DNA of 64,000 nt from Cellvibrionales bacterium UBA1963 (GTDB taxonomy: Bacteria; Pseudomonadota; Gammaproteobacteria; Pseudomonadales; UBA7434). The notes below the pieces were generated by a model that saw only the letters and a list, made by a program, of their open reading frames with translations, was not told where the DNA came from and made no database searches. Below are positions 32,751 to 43,434 of the stretch, one piece after another (positions within the stretch are counted from its first letter, which is position 1; each line of letters begins with the position of its first letter). The translations under genes and the position numbers were made by a program. The stretch lies in contig DDED01000073.1 of NCBI GenBank assembly GCA_002336035.1, forward strand, positions 3,799-67,798, written 5' to 3'.

Positions 32751-33383
32751 ATGAAAATAGATCCAACACTGATAGCCGCAAGTTGCGCAGCACTCGAGCA
32801 AGCGATCAACCGCAGCCTTCTTCTTGATCCCTGTAGTCAAGAGAAACTGGCTAATTATACTGGCCGTATTATTAAACTACGGTGTACTAAGCCAGAGATC
32901 ACCCTTTATTTTCGTATCGACTCAACCATTAGAGTACTTCAATATTTTGAGGGCGATGCAGACGCAGGCATTCAAGGCAGTCAAGCTGATTGGTTAGCTT
33001 TACTTACAGCAGAAGATTTGGCTTCAGCATTGATAAATGGCAAGCTCGTCATCCATGGCGACACTCAATTATTTATGTCGTTAAAAAATATCGCTGAGGA
33101 CATTGAACTTGACTGGGAAGGCCAGCTTGCCAAGTTTGTTGGTGATATTCCTGCTCACTTAACCGGTAAAGCCGTAAATGCTATAAGTAATTTTAGTCAG
33201 CAAGCAAAGCAAACAGCCAAGCGAACGCTCGAAGACTTTCTTCATGAAGAAGCACGTATCCTACCAGCAAAAATCGAAAGCGAAAATTTTTACCAACGCT
33301 TAAGAGATTTAGAAATGAAACTTGACCGCATTGAAGCAAAAATTAAACGACAACAGAAAAAAAATACACCGCATTCATCATGA
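32751..33383 (+). CDS. ubiJ: Ubiquinone biosynthesis accessory factor UbiJ (SCP2 domain)
   Basis: 210 aa between ubiE and ubiB. SCP2-like N-terminal domain plus a C-terminal coiled-coil. Confidence 0.8.
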   Translation: MKIDPTLIAASCAALEQAINRSLLLDPCSQEKLANYTGRIIKLRCTKPEITLYFRIDSTIRVLQYFEGDADAGIQGSQADWLALLTAEDLASALINGKLVIHGDTQLFMSLKNIAEDIELDWEGQLAKFVGDIPAHLTGKAVNAISNFSQQAKQTAKRTLEDFLHEEARILPAKIESENFYQRLRDLEMKLDRIEAKIKRQQKKNTPHSS

Positions 33384-34939
33384 AAAAAATTATTCGTATC
33401 ATCGTTATCTTTCGTATCATTCTTCGGTATCGTATTGATAATTTAGTGCCCCAAAAAAACCTTAAGACGCCTGTTAAGCTCCTGCTGAAATTTTTTAATC
33501 TACTAGGCAGCCGCCCTGAAAGTCGTGCGGCTAGACTGAGAATGGCACTGCAGGATCTCGGCCCCGTGTTTGTTAAATTTGGGCAGCTACTGTCAACCCG
33601 AAGAGATTTATTAGCGCCTGATATTGCTGACGAACTGGCGCTACTGCAAGATCAGGTACCTGCATTTGATAGCAAGACATCTGTCGCTATTATAGAGGCT
33701 GCATTGCAACAGTCAGTCAGTCATGCTTTTAATGATTTTACAGTCGAACCTCTAGCCTCAGCCTCAGTTGCACAGGTTCATGCAGCGACCCTTCATGACG
33801 GTAGAGAGGTAGTTGTTAAGGTTATTCGTCCTGGTATTGAAAACGTTATCGCCAAAGATATTGCATTATTGTTTTTAATCGCTCACTTGGTTGAAAAATT
33901 CTCTCTTGACGGAAAACGCATGCGCCTCAGTGAAGTGGTGAGTGACTACGAACATACCATTTTTGATGAGCTTGATTTAAAACGTGAAGCGGCTAATTGT
34001 GCACAACTCAAACGTAACTTCGAAGCCACTGAAGAACTCAGTAAATTATTATTTATTCCAGCTATTATTTGGGATCTTAGCACTGTCGACATCATGGTAG
34101 TTGAACGTATTTATGGTATTCCCGTTGCCAACATTGATGCCCTCAAGGCTAACAACACCAATTTAAAAGCGCTAGCTGAAAATGGGGTTCAAATATTTTT
34201 CACTCAGGTTTTTGAACACAATTTTTTTCATGCCGATATGCACCCAGGTAATATTTTTGTCTCTAGGGAAAATCCTGAATCGCCCCGCTATATTGGAATT
34301 GACTGCGCTATTATGGGTTCCTTGTCAGATTTCGACCGTTATTACCTCGGCCGCAATCTTCTGGCTGTATTTAATCGTGACTATGCCCTAGTTGCTAAAT
34401 TGCATATTGAATCAGGCTGGGTCCCAGCAGGCACCAATCAATATGCTTTTGAAGGCATGATTAGAAGTGCCTGTGAGCCTATTTTTGAAAAGCCGCTGGC
34501 TGAGATCTCATTTGGGACTTTACTCATTTATTTATTTCAAGTGGCCAGAAGATTCGGTATGCAAGTGCAGCCTTCACTGGTATTACTTCAAAAAACTTTA
34601 CTTAATATTGAAGGCTTGGGAAGACAACTCTACCCCGAGTTGGACTTATGGGCCACCGCTCACCCTTATCTTGAAAAGTGGATGGCTGAATATTACTCAC
34701 CCAAAAGACTCTTTAAAGAGTTTAAAAATCAATCACCTGCACTGCTTGAAGCACTCCCAGGTCTACCCGATTTGTTGTTGAGGCAATTGCATCAAGCCGG
34801 CAGTCACAGCGTTTCATCGCTGGAATTAAAAGCCAGTATTGATCAAATTGAATCGCAACTGAGAAAACAACGAATATTTCACACTGTTATAGCTATTTTT
34901 GCGGTGGTGGGTGCGTTGACTTACGTTCTCGCGAACTGA
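33380..34939 (+). CDS. ubiB: Ubiquinone biosynthesis regulatory kinase-like protein UbiB
   Basis: 519 aa. LGPVFVKFGQLLSTRRDLL, ASIAQVH-type motif (ASVAQVHAATL), HADMHPGNIF, C-terminal TM. ATGA overlap with ubiJ. Confidence 0.95.
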   Translation: MKKIIRIIVIFRIILRYRIDNLVPQKNLKTPVKLLLKFFNLLGSRPESRAARLRMALQDLGPVFVKFGQLLSTRRDLLAPDIADELALLQDQVPAFDSKTSVAIIEAALQQSVSHAFNDFTVEPLASASVAQVHAATLHDGREVVVKVIRPGIENVIAKDIALLFLIAHLVEKFSLDGKRMRLSEVVSDYEHTIFDELDLKREAANCAQLKRNFEATEELSKLLFIPAIIWDLSTVDIMVVERIYGIPVANIDALKANNTNLKALAENGVQIFFTQVFEHNFFHADMHPGNIFVSRENPESPRYIGIDCAIMGSLSDFDRYYLGRNLLAVFNRDYALVAKLHIESGWVPAGTNQYAFEGMIRSACEPIFEKPLAEISFGTLLIYLFQVARRFGMQVQPSLVLLQKTLLNIEGLGRQLYPELDLWATAHPYLEKWMAEYYSPKRLFKEFKNQSPALLEALPGLPDLLLRQLHQAGSHSVSSLELKASIDQIESQLRKQRIFHTVIAIFAVVGALTYVLAN

Positions 34940-35039
34940 AGAAATCTGCGAAAAGTGTTAGTCACTATTATCTAATGGAGGAATCTGTGATTTAATAGCA
35001 ACACTTTTAACTGAAACCACTATTTTGATTAATCTTGCT

Positions 35040-35444
35040 ATGAACAAATCAACCAGTTTGCTTGTTGGCCGTATCAACTGGAACAGCCAAGGTCTAATTC
35101 CTGCCATTGCTCAAGATGCACAGAGTAATAAAGTGTTAATGCTGGCGTGGATGAATGCTGATGCATTAAATGCTAGCGTTGAGCGTGGTGAGGCGGTTTA
35201 TTGGTCTCGCTCGCGGCAAAGGCTATGGCATAAAGGCGAATCATCAGGTCATACACAGCAAATAATTGACATTAGACTTGATTGTGACGCCGATACATTG
35301 TTGCTAATCGTCAAGCAAAATGGCGGTATTGCTTGCCATACGGGTCGCGAAAGTTGCCTGTACCAGCAATTTTCAACACAGCAAGGTGACTGGGTCTCCG
35401 TTGACCCAGTGATTAAAGATCCAAAAACTATTTATGCTGTGTAA
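35040..35444 (+). CDS. hisI: Phosphoribosyl-AMP cyclohydrolase
   Basis: GLIPAIAQDAQSNKVLMLAWMNADAL...YWSRSRQRLWHKGESSGH.Q....RLDCDADTLL. Confidence 0.93.
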   Translation: MNKSTSLLVGRINWNSQGLIPAIAQDAQSNKVLMLAWMNADALNASVERGEAVYWSRSRQRLWHKGESSGHTQQIIDIRLDCDADTLLLIVKQNGGIACHTGRESCLYQQFSTQQGDWVSVDPVIKDPKTIYAV

Positions 35445-35477
35445 ATGCGGCATAACCCTTCGATTTAGAGCAAAACT

Positions 35478-35831
35478 ATGAGTGATATCTTGCAACAACT
35501 TAGCGAACTAATCGACCAGCGAAAAGGCGCTTCGATTGAAGATTCATACGTTGCGCAATTGCATGCCAAGGGACTGAATAAAATACTTGAAAAAGTTGGC
35601 GAGGAGGCGACTGAAGTCATCCTAGCGGCTAAGGATTGTAAACAGATTACAACCGAAGGTGATTCATTAGGGGCAAAACAAGCACTCATAAAAGAAACGG
35701 CCGACCTTTGGTTTCATAGTCTTGTTATGCTGACACACTTTGACTGCAGCGCTAATGACGTATTAATTGAACTTGAACGCAGGGAAGGTATCTCGGGAAT
35801 TGCTGAAAAAGCTTCACGCAACAAAACGTAA
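35478..35831 (+). CDS. hisE: Phosphoribosyl-ATP pyrophosphatase
   Basis: 117 aa. [31 protein letters not shown]...[13 protein letters not shown]. Confidence 0.93.
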   Translation: MSDILQQLSELIDQRKGASIEDSYVAQLHAKGLNKILEKVGEEATEVILAAKDCKQITTEGDSLGAKQALIKETADLWFHSLVMLTHFDCSANDVLIELERREGISGIAEKASRNKT

Positions 35832-35881
35832 ATGAAAACGACGACACTAAAGATCTACAATTCAATCACAGGAGAAATGCA

Positions 35882-36091
35882 ATGGGTCTTAGCGGTATAA
35901 GTATTTGGCAGTTATTAATAGTCTTAGCCATCGTAGTAATGATCTTTGGCACTAAGCGATTAAAAAATATCGGCGGTGATGTAGGCAGTGCCATTAAGGG
36001 GTTCAAAAAGTCGATGGCAGATGAACCCACAAGCACCGCCAGTGATGATGAAGCAGCTGCTGAGCAAACACTCGAAAAAGATGATAAGTAG
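35882..36091 (+). CDS. tatA: Sec-independent translocase TatA
   Basis: 69 aa. [36 protein letters not shown]. Confidence 0.93.
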   Translation: MGLSGISIWQLLIVLAIVVMIFGTKRLKNIGGDVGSAIKGFKKSMADEPTSTASDDEAAAEQTLEKDDK

Positions 36092-36104
36092 TTAGGTTTC
36101 AGTA

Positions 36105-36440
36105 ATGGACATCGGTCTGCAAGAATTGTTGGTAGTTGGCGTCTTAGCGTTGATCATTCTAGGTCCTGAGAGGCTACCTGTCGCATTAAAAAACATCATG
36201 GTTTGGGTCAGTAAAATTAAAAGTAGTTTTAACTCCATTAAAAAAGAATTTGAGAGCGAACTGGACCTCGATGGCATTCAACAACAGATTCATAATGAAA
36301 AAATTCTTAAGGAGCTCGGAGAACCACTTGAACAGCTTGAAGAAAATGCCAGAAAACTTCAACAATCACTGATCGATTTAGAAACACCTAGTAATAATTT
36401 AACAGCGGAAGTAGTTGATTCTACTGAGTCTAATACATAA
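36105..36440 (+). CDS. tatB: Sec-independent translocase TatB
   Basis: 111 aa. MDIGLQELLVVGVLALIILGPERLPVA. Confidence 0.9.
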   Translation: MDIGLQELLVVGVLALIILGPERLPVALKNIMVWVSKIKSSFNSIKKEFESELDLDGIQQQIHNEKILKELGEPLEQLEENARKLQQSLIDLETPSNNLTAEVVDSTESNT

Positions 36441-36458
36441 AAAATACTCTATACTCAA

Positions 36459-37247
36459 ATGGCCTTTATGTCTTTAAAACCTGACACCCAAACCAATAAG
36501 GGAAATGATTCTGATCAAGAGCAGCCTTTAGTTCAGCACTTGCTTGAGCTGCGAGCACGACTGCTAAAGAGCATCGCAGCGATTGCGATAGGCTTTGTAT
36601 GTTTGGCTTTTTTTTCTAATGACTTATACAGCTTTTTTTCAGCACCTATTCAAGCACTACTGCCCGCTGGCAGCTCAATGATTGCGACCGATGTAGCCTC
36701 GCCATTCTTTGCTCCTTTTAAATTAACTGTGTTTTTAGCTCTCCTTTTAGCCATGCCATACGTGCTATTTCAAATATGGTCTTTTATTGCACCAGGCCTT
36801 TATGAAAAAGAAAAAAAACTGGCTACTCCACTTTTTGTTAGTTCTGTACTGTTATTTTATTTAGGTATTGCCTTCTGCTATTACATTGTTTTTCCTCTCG
36901 TTTTTGGATTTTTTACCAGCGTCGCACCTGTCGGAATTAGCGTAACGCCCGATATTAATAGCTACCTGAATTTTATTTTAAAATTGTTTTTTGCTTTTGG
37001 CTTGGCGTTTGAAATTCCTGTTGCAACGGTTATCCTTGTAAGCACAGGTATAACAAGCCATTCATCATTGGCAAAGAAACGTCCTTATATCATAGTCTGT
37101 TGTTTTGTTTTTGGTATGTTACTCACGCCGCCTGATGTGATTTCTCAATCACTGTTAGCAATACCTACATGGCTTTTATTCGAATTTGGTTTGGCATTGA
37201 GCCGCATGGTGACCGTCAAACAACAATTTAACCAACAAGAGAATTAA
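36459..37247 (+). CDS. tatC: Sec-independent translocase TatC
   Basis: 262 aa. LVQHLLELRARLLKS, six TM helices, ...LTPPDVISQ. Confidence 0.95.
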   Translation: MAFMSLKPDTQTNKGNDSDQEQPLVQHLLELRARLLKSIAAIAIGFVCLAFFSNDLYSFFSAPIQALLPAGSSMIATDVASPFFAPFKLTVFLALLLAMPYVLFQIWSFIAPGLYEKEKKLATPLFVSSVLLFYLGIAFCYYIVFPLVFGFFTSVAPVGISVTPDINSYLNFILKLFFAFGLAFEIPVATVILVSTGITSHSSLAKKRPYIIVCCFVFGMLLTPPDVISQSLLAIPTWLLFEFGLALSRMVTVKQQFNQQEN

Positions 37248-37255
37248 TCATTATT

Positions 37256-37882
37256 ATGTCATTTACAAAAAAAAATCTACCTGTTGATGTTGATGCAATA
37301 AAAGGTTTCCTGGCTGATGATGAGGGCGAAGCGTTGTTCGAAGCTGCCTTAAACACTGCAGGGTTAGGACCCTGCTTAGAAGTCGGCAGTTACTGCGGTA
37401 AGTCGACCGTTTATCTGGGAGCCGCTTGCCAACAGAAAAATAGCATTGTCTATGCTATTGATCACCACCGTGGTTCAGAGGAGCATCAACTGGGCGAGGA
37501 ATACCATGACAGTGATTTATTTGATGAGCAAGCACAACTGATGGATACCTTTAAAGAATTCAGACGGATAATGCGAAAAGCAAATCTTGAAGATACCGTG
37601 ATACCCATTGTTGCCGCTTCGAAATTAGCATCGACACACTGGTCAACTCCACTTGGCATGGTATTTATTGATGGAGGCCACAGCTTGGACGCTGCAATGG
37701 CTGATTATCGCGCTTGGGCCGGTCATGTTTCAATAGGTGGTATTTTAGCGATACACGATATTTTTCCTGATCCAACTAAAGGCGGTCAAGCACCGTATAC
37801 TATTTGGAGGCTGGCAAGGGCATCTGGTTTATTTGAAGAATTGCCAACCGTGAATACGCTTGGCTTATTTAAAAGGATCTAA
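37256..37882 (+). CDS. Class I SAM-dependent methyltransferase (Methyltransf_24/O-MT-like)
   Basis: 208 aa. LEVGSYCGKSTVYLG...VYAIDHH...VFIDGGHS. Starts 9 nt after tatC. Its stop codon overlaps the stop of the convergent gene. Confidence 0.7.
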   Translation: MSFTKKNLPVDVDAIKGFLADDEGEALFEAALNTAGLGPCLEVGSYCGKSTVYLGAACQQKNSIVYAIDHHRGSEEHQLGEEYHDSDLFDEQAQLMDTFKEFRRIMRKANLEDTVIPIVAASKLASTHWSTPLGMVFIDGGHSLDAAMADYRAWAGHVSIGGILAIHDIFPDPTKGGQAPYTIWRLARASGLFEELPTVNTLGLFKRI

Positions 37883-38949
37883 CCGTTACCTATGGACTCA
37901 TCCGATGAGGCGTCTAATAATTCTACGCTGGTAAATAATTTTGCGGCAGCGGTGTGCTCTGTCAATGCGTCTGCCGCTAAGAGAATCGCGCCAGCGGTCC
38001 ACGTTGGTTTTTCATCAGGCCAAAGTAAATCTTGAGCAAATTGATAGCCAGTCCAATAAGAGCCATCATCTAACTGCCATTGGTGCAAATAACTATAGAG
38101 TTCAATCGCACGTGCATGATCGCCAGCTGCGAGTAGAGCCATGGTTAACTCACACGATTCAGCAACAGTAACCCAAGGTTCATCAGAAACGCAACGACAA
38201 CCCATCCCTTGCTCAACAAACTCACCCCAGCGCGCTTGTAAATGCTGACTTGCTTGTGATTTCGGCACTACGCCACATAAGACTGGATAGAACCAATCCA
38301 TGGAGTAGCGGGCCTTACTCTCCCAGGTTCGATCAAAGCGATGAGGCTTATTTCTTAACGCCTGGCCTAACTTTTCTCTGGCAGAAAGCCATTGCGGCCG
38401 TGGTGACTTCATTACAACAGCAATGTTATGCGCGCATTCAAGACTTTTATAAATAGAACTACAACCCGTAACTAAAGCGTCTTCTTTTGACTTGCCGTCA
38501 CAGTCAACGGCCCAATTGATATCGCCTTCAGCTTGCTGTTCAGCAATCACAAATTGCATAGCCTTTTCAACCACTGGCCACATCTTTATTAAGAATTCTC
38601 GTCGTTGACTGATTAAATAATGGTGCCAAACACCTGTTGCAATATAAGCAACAAAATTTGTTTCTCGCCGCTCGCTATTTTCTACAACATCATCTTTATA
38701 AGCGGCCCACCAACTACCGTCAGCTAATTGCTGACTGGCAAGCCAATAATAGGCCCGTTCGGCGTTAATGAAATCACCCCCGATACTAAGACCCATTGCA
38801 GATTCAACATGGTCCCAAGGATCACAATAACCGTTTTCAAACCAGGGGATGGCGCCACTGGCTAATTGCACTTGGCGAATATATTCAACCGTCGGTGAAA
38901 AAAAGGCTTCAGGGAAAATACCTTTAGATAAATACAGCCCACTCATCAT
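37879..38949 (-). CDS. alpha/alpha-toroid protein (prenyltransferase/squalene-oxidase-repeat-like or six-hairpin glycosidase-like)
   Basis: 356 aa. Repeated ..Q..DGSWW / DGSYW.. helical-hairpin motifs (LASQQLADGSWWAAY, HQWQLDDGSYWTGY). The family cannot be settled by eye. Confidence 0.5.
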   Translation of the reverse strand: MMSGLYLSKGIFPEAFFSPTVEYIRQVQLASGAIPWFENGYCDPWDHVESAMGLSIGGDFINAERAYYWLASQQLADGSWWAAYKDDVVENSERRETNFVAYIATGVWHHYLISQRREFLIKMWPVVEKAMQFVIAEQQAEGDINWAVDCDGKSKEDALVTGCSSIYKSLECAHNIAVVMKSPRPQWLSAREKLGQALRNKPHRFDRTWESKARYSMDWFYPVLCGVVPKSQASQHLQARWGEFVEQGMGCRCVSDEPWVTVAESCELTMALLAAGDHARAIELYSYLHQWQLDDGSYWTGYQFAQDLLWPDEKPTWTAGAILLAADALTEHTAAAKLFTSVELLDASSDESIGNG

Positions 38950-38966
38950 TCAAAATCTCTCATCAA

Positions 38967-39686
38967 CTAACCAGCGGACTTCGGTTTATAAAAATACATA
39001 ACAATACTTTTACCCATAATAGGATTGAGTAAAGTCTCTAAGGTGCGAGTTAACCACGGCCGCTGCATTAAGTCCCATACCAATAGTTTATGATAAAGTT
39101 TAATGAGTCGCGATTGTTCTTGTGAATTCCAAAATATGCATTTAAGCCACCAAAAAGGAGAGTGTAATGCATGGGCCCAATGCCTGTGGTAATAACTGAA
39201 ACCACGTTGCTCTATTTGCGCACGCAAGTGTGCAGCATTAAATATACGCAGGTGACCACCCTCCACTTCATGGTAAGCACTGCTGAAGTGCCAACAAATC
39301 CGTTCAGGCCACGCTCTAGGCACGCTGGCGATAAACGTGCCTCCAGGCACCAGTATTCGTTCAACCTCGGTTAATACCGATTCATAATCTGGAATATGTT
39401 CTAATACTTCTGAGCATATTATGACATCAAAGGTATTATCTGCGAAGGGAAGTAACAGAGCATTAGCTACGGACAAGCCGAAACTTTTCTCAGGGTTTTC
39501 GGCTTGATAAAAATCACCGAACTTATTAGCCGTGGTTTTTAAATCATTAAAACCTAGATCAACGCCTATCGCTTGAATATTCTTTTCTAAATAGGCAGCA
39601 ATAACATGCCGTCCCTCACCACAACCTAGGTCTAATAATTTATCGCCGTCGGATAATGAGATATGTTGAAAATCAACCGTTTGCAT
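38967..39686 (-). CDS. Class I SAM-dependent methyltransferase (Methyltransf_11-like)
   Basis: LLDLGCGEGRH...VIICSEVLEHIPD...LVPGGTF. Start set to the ATG at 39686, which overlaps the upstream GT4 stop by 14 nt (track ORF starts at 39740). Confidence 0.8.
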   Translation of the reverse strand: MQTVDFQHISLSDGDKLLDLGCGEGRHVIAAYLEKNIQAIGVDLGFNDLKTTANKFGDFYQAENPEKSFGLSVANALLLPFADNTFDVIICSEVLEHIPDYESVLTEVERILVPGGTFIASVPRAWPERICWHFSSAYHEVEGGHLRIFNAAHLRAQIEQRGFSYYHRHWAHALHSPFWWLKCIFWNSQEQSRLIKLYHKLLVWDLMQRPWLTRTLETLLNPIMGKSIVMYFYKPKSAG

Positions 39687-41130
39687 GTTCAACCTTTGGC
39701 TGCTCAGCAGCAACAATGTCGGCCTTAGGCTGAGCATCAATAATTTGGCAGTACATCACCGATATTTGGTCTGCAGCCAACTGCCATGAAAAATTATTTT
39801 CAATACGTTTACGCCCTAACTGGCCATATTGCTCACGCGCCTTTGGGTTGCTCAGTAACTTTTCGATAGCAGCAGCAATAGCATCAGCATCTTTAACTGC
39901 AACGGTCAATCCTGCCTGACCTACGACCTCTGGCAATGCGCCCCCGTCTGTTGCAATCACAGGTACGCCGCAAGCCATTGCCTCTCCAGCAGGTAATCCA
40001 AAGCCTTCATAAATAGAGGGCACTACCGCTATGCTGGATTTAGCATAATGCTCAACCATCGCCGATGTGCTAATGCCGTGTACAAACTTTATCTTGTCGC
40101 CAATGCCGAGTTGAGCAATTAACGTTTCTGTTTCTCCGCCTATCTTAGGTTTGCTAACCAGCAACAAATGAAGCTCAGGATATTTTTTAGTGAGCTGAGA
40201 AAACGCTAATAATAAAAACCTTAGGCCCTTGAGCGGTTGGTCAGCCGAAGCCGTTGCCATAATCTGCCATCGATCACGTTCTGTATTGGCTAGCGGCTTA
40301 AATTCATCGGTATCAATACCGTTATATATTAGTTTAATATTTTCTTGTTTTAAATTAAATGACTGAATAATATCAGCGTACGATCGCTCTGAAACAGTCA
40401 CAATGTTATTCAATTGCGCAGCGACTTTTTTTTGCATGGTTAAAAATGAATGCCAACGCCGTATTAATATTTTCTCCCACCAATGATCACTAGCATTGAG
40501 TGCAATTTGTAAGTCACTGGTAATCGGATGATGAATGGTGGTTAGTAAACAAAATCCATCACGCTGGATTTTTAACATATCCCAGCCCAAGCATTGGTTA
40601 TCATGAATAATATCGTAGTCATCTCTGTGCGCTGTTAAATATTGATAGAGACGTCGCGAAAAACAATAAGGCTCGCCAAAGCCGCCGGTTAATTTACTCA
40701 ACCATTCAATAATATTTGTGAGCGACACTACATGGCGAGGACGCACCGAAAGTAAACCATTGGTAAAAAGATCAAGCCCGGGAAGCTTAATGAGCTTAAC
40801 GCGTTTATCAAGTTCAGGGTAAGGTTGACCGGATATGACATCGACGGAATGTCCAGCCTCAACCAATGCTTTACTGAGGTACTTGATGTAGATTCCCTGT
40901 CCGCCGCCAAATGGCGCACTTCTATATCCTGAAATACAAATTTTGAGTGGCCGTGTACCTTCTTTCTCGGCGGTATTGGTGGCAAGATCGCCAGTTCGTT
41001 GTTGTCGAATGCTGTCAATCAGCGAACGGTCTCCATCGCTGAACAGTGACAACTGCTGTTCACCTAGCAGCGTTTCGCCTTCTCCTGAAACAGAGGATAA
41101 TTGTGGTTCATTTTGCGCGTTTAATGCCAT
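39673..41130 (-). CDS. Glycosyltransferase family 4 (GT-B) with a ~65-aa N-terminal extension
   Basis: 485 aa. C-terminal EGFGLPAGEAMACGVPVIATDGGALPEVV motif (the E-x7-E region of GT4). Confidence 0.85.
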   Translation of the reverse strand: MALNAQNEPQLSSVSGEGETLLGEQQLSLFSDGDRSLIDSIRQQRTGDLATNTAEKEGTRPLKICISGYRSAPFGGGQGIYIKYLSKALVEAGHSVDVISGQPYPELDKRVKLIKLPGLDLFTNGLLSVRPRHVVSLTNIIEWLSKLTGGFGEPYCFSRRLYQYLTAHRDDYDIIHDNQCLGWDMLKIQRDGFCLLTTIHHPITSDLQIALNASDHWWEKILIRRWHSFLTMQKKVAAQLNNIVTVSERSYADIIQSFNLKQENIKLIYNGIDTDEFKPLANTERDRWQIMATASADQPLKGLRFLLLAFSQLTKKYPELHLLLVSKPKIGGETETLIAQLGIGDKIKFVHGISTSAMVEHYAKSSIAVVPSIYEGFGLPAGEAMACGVPVIATDGGALPEVVGQAGLTVAVKDADAIAAAIEKLLSNPKAREQYGQLGRKRIENNFSWQLAADQISVMYCQIIDAQPKADIVAAEQPKVEHANG

Positions 41131-41492
41131 AGCTTTTATTTGCTTCTGATTCGATTAATTAATCACACCCTGTCAAGCAGATGCTGGTTTTAAGTCATCA
41201 ATAATAATGATCACACCGCTCAAACACTTTGCCAAACTATGCATGAGTCAGTTCGTCGGACTGCCGTTAAATAAGACAGCATTAGAAAAGTGAAACCCAC
41301 CATGAGTAAAAAAGCGTATTTTCTTATAAAGCACTTGAACAGTCTAGGGTAAGCGACTATTTATTAAACAATTGTTAGCTGAAAATCGCAAATAAATGAC
41401 GACAATGGGCAAACTTGATCAAAAAAACACGGAGATAATGCTCATACTTCTATGATTAACTTACGATAGTAAGCGCAAACTAACTAGAAAGG

Positions 41493-43238
41493 CTACTTGT
41501 TCGTAAAATCGCGTAACACCATACGGGAGTATAAACCGCTACTTAGCATTAATTGCTCATGGCTTCCCTGTTCGACGATTTTACCATCATCCAATACGAG
41601 GATGTGGTCCGCATTCTCTATAGTTGATAAACGGTGCGCGATAACAATAGTCGTGCGATCCTGCATTAACCGGTCTAGGGCTGCTTGCACCCTTACCTCT
41701 GATTCGTTATCTAACGCAGACGTGGCCTCATCTAAAATTAATAATCGTGCGTCCGACAAGACCGCTCGCGCTATCGCTAAACGCTGCCGTTGTCCGCCTG
41801 ATAGCATGGCACCATTATCACCAACCACAGTGTCATAACCGTGGGGGAGATCAGCGATAAATTCATCAGCATTCGCTGCTTTTGCAGCAGCGACAATCTC
41901 TGACTCTGTCGCACCCTTAGCACCATAAGCAATATTGTGCTTAATCGAATCGTTAAACATGATGACCTGCTGCGAAACCATGGCAATGCTCCTTCGCAAG
42001 AAAGATAACCGATAGTCACCGATAGCGATATCATCAACGCGAATCTCACCCTCAGAGGGCAAATAGAAACGGGTAATTAAATTTACCAGCGTCGATTTCC
42101 CGCCGCCAGAGCGACCGACAATAGCTAACGTTTTGCCTGCCTCAAGCTGAAAATCAATGCCTTTTAGGGCCAACTGTTCGTCGTTATACGCAAAACTGAC
42201 TTCATTAAACGACAACTTACCCATCAGATCGATGTTATCAATATACCCATCATCTCGCTCTTTTTCTTTATCTATATGCTTGAACACCTCTTGGGCCGCT
42301 ACAGCGGCCTCAAGCAATTGCGGGTACACTGAACTCAAACTCCGAATCGGTTTCGGCAGTAAGCCTACCGCTGTCACATAAGCGACGAGTTCGGCTGAAT
42401 CCATTGATCCACGAGATAACAACACGATATACATGATCAAAGCCATCACTACGATAACGATTACTTGCATAAAAGGGGTATAAATGGCCGTAAACTTCGC
42501 TAGCTTTAAGCTGAGTCCCTTAGCTAGATTGCTGACTTCAAAGAATCTATCTTTTTCATGGGCTTCATTAGCAGAGGATTTGACTTGCCGTATGGCGGTA
42601 AAAGTTTCTGCAGTGACGTGGTTTAATTCACCGATTGATGACTGAATACCATGCCCCAGAAGTTTAACTTTTTTTGATATCCAAACCACCGCTAAGGCCA
42701 CTGGAGGACCAAGCAATAAAAAGGTTATGGTAAGTGATGCACTTTGATACAGAAGGTAACTAAGAAGCGCGATCACGGTTAATCCCTCACGGCCAATTGT
42801 TTTCAATGACTGAGTGGTTGCCGTAGTCATGAGGCTTGAATTATAAGTAAAGAGCGACAATAAGCGGCCACTTTTATTATCGTCAAAGAACCTTAAGGGT
42901 AAAGAAACGATATTTTGAAACAGATCACAACGTACGCTATGCACTATGTTCAAACCGGCCTTGCTCATGTAATAACTACCCAAATAACTGCCCACACCGC
43001 GCACCAGTGCTATAAAGACGCAAAATAGGGGTATAACGTAGAGGCTATTTACATATTCTCCGTCTAGGGCGCGAACAAAGGCTTCCATCAACATAGCAAA
43101 AGCCGGCTGTGACGCTGCAAATAAACCATAGCCTATAAAAGCCAGTAAAAAGCTAAGGCTTTGCATGCGGGCATAGATGACGAATCGACTTAAAAAGGAC
43201 GTCAAATTGCTGTGTAAAGGTGGATTATTTTTAGTCAC
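41493..43238 (-). CDS. msbA: Lipid A export ABC transporter (permease/ATPase)
   Basis: 581 aa. Six-TM domain, Walker A GRSGGGKST, signature LSGGQRQRLAIARA, Walker B LLILDEATSALD. Adjacent to LPS core genes. Confidence 0.88.
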   Translation of the reverse strand: MTKNNPPLHSNLTSFLSRFVIYARMQSLSFLLAFIGYGLFAASQPAFAMLMEAFVRALDGEYVNSLYVIPLFCVFIALVRGVGSYLGSYYMSKAGLNIVHSVRCDLFQNIVSLPLRFFDDNKSGRLLSLFTYNSSLMTTATTQSLKTIGREGLTVIALLSYLLYQSASLTITFLLLGPPVALAVVWISKKVKLLGHGIQSSIGELNHVTAETFTAIRQVKSSANEAHEKDRFFEVSNLAKGLSLKLAKFTAIYTPFMQVIVIVVMALIMYIVLLSRGSMDSAELVAYVTAVGLLPKPIRSLSSVYPQLLEAAVAAQEVFKHIDKEKERDDGYIDNIDLMGKLSFNEVSFAYNDEQLALKGIDFQLEAGKTLAIVGRSGGGKSTLVNLITRFYLPSEGEIRVDDIAIGDYRLSFLRRSIAMVSQQVIMFNDSIKHNIAYGAKGATESEIVAAAKAANADEFIADLPHGYDTVVGDNGAMLSGGQRQRLAIARAVLSDARLLILDEATSALDNESEVRVQAALDRLMQDRTTIVIAHRLSTIENADHILVLDDGKIVEQGSHEQLMLSSGLYSRMVLRDFTNK

Positions 43239-43434
43239 AATAAAGGCTATGTAGGCTACTCAATGATTCAGAAATACGATGCTCGACAACAACATCAAAT
43301 CATATAATATAATGCAAAGAAAAGTCCAAAATACCTTTTTTGAGCCAAACAATTACACAATGATGCGCAATATTTTTCGCGATAATCAGCGAATGAGCGG
43401 CATACTAAAAAATTGCTGTGCTATGGAGTAATAA

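Noticed and set aside
38967-39740. An apparent 68-nt overlap between the methyltransferase ORF and the GT4 ORF.
   Set aside because: This is an artefact of the extended ORF. With the ATG at 39686 the overlap is 14 nt, which is ordinary translational coupling.
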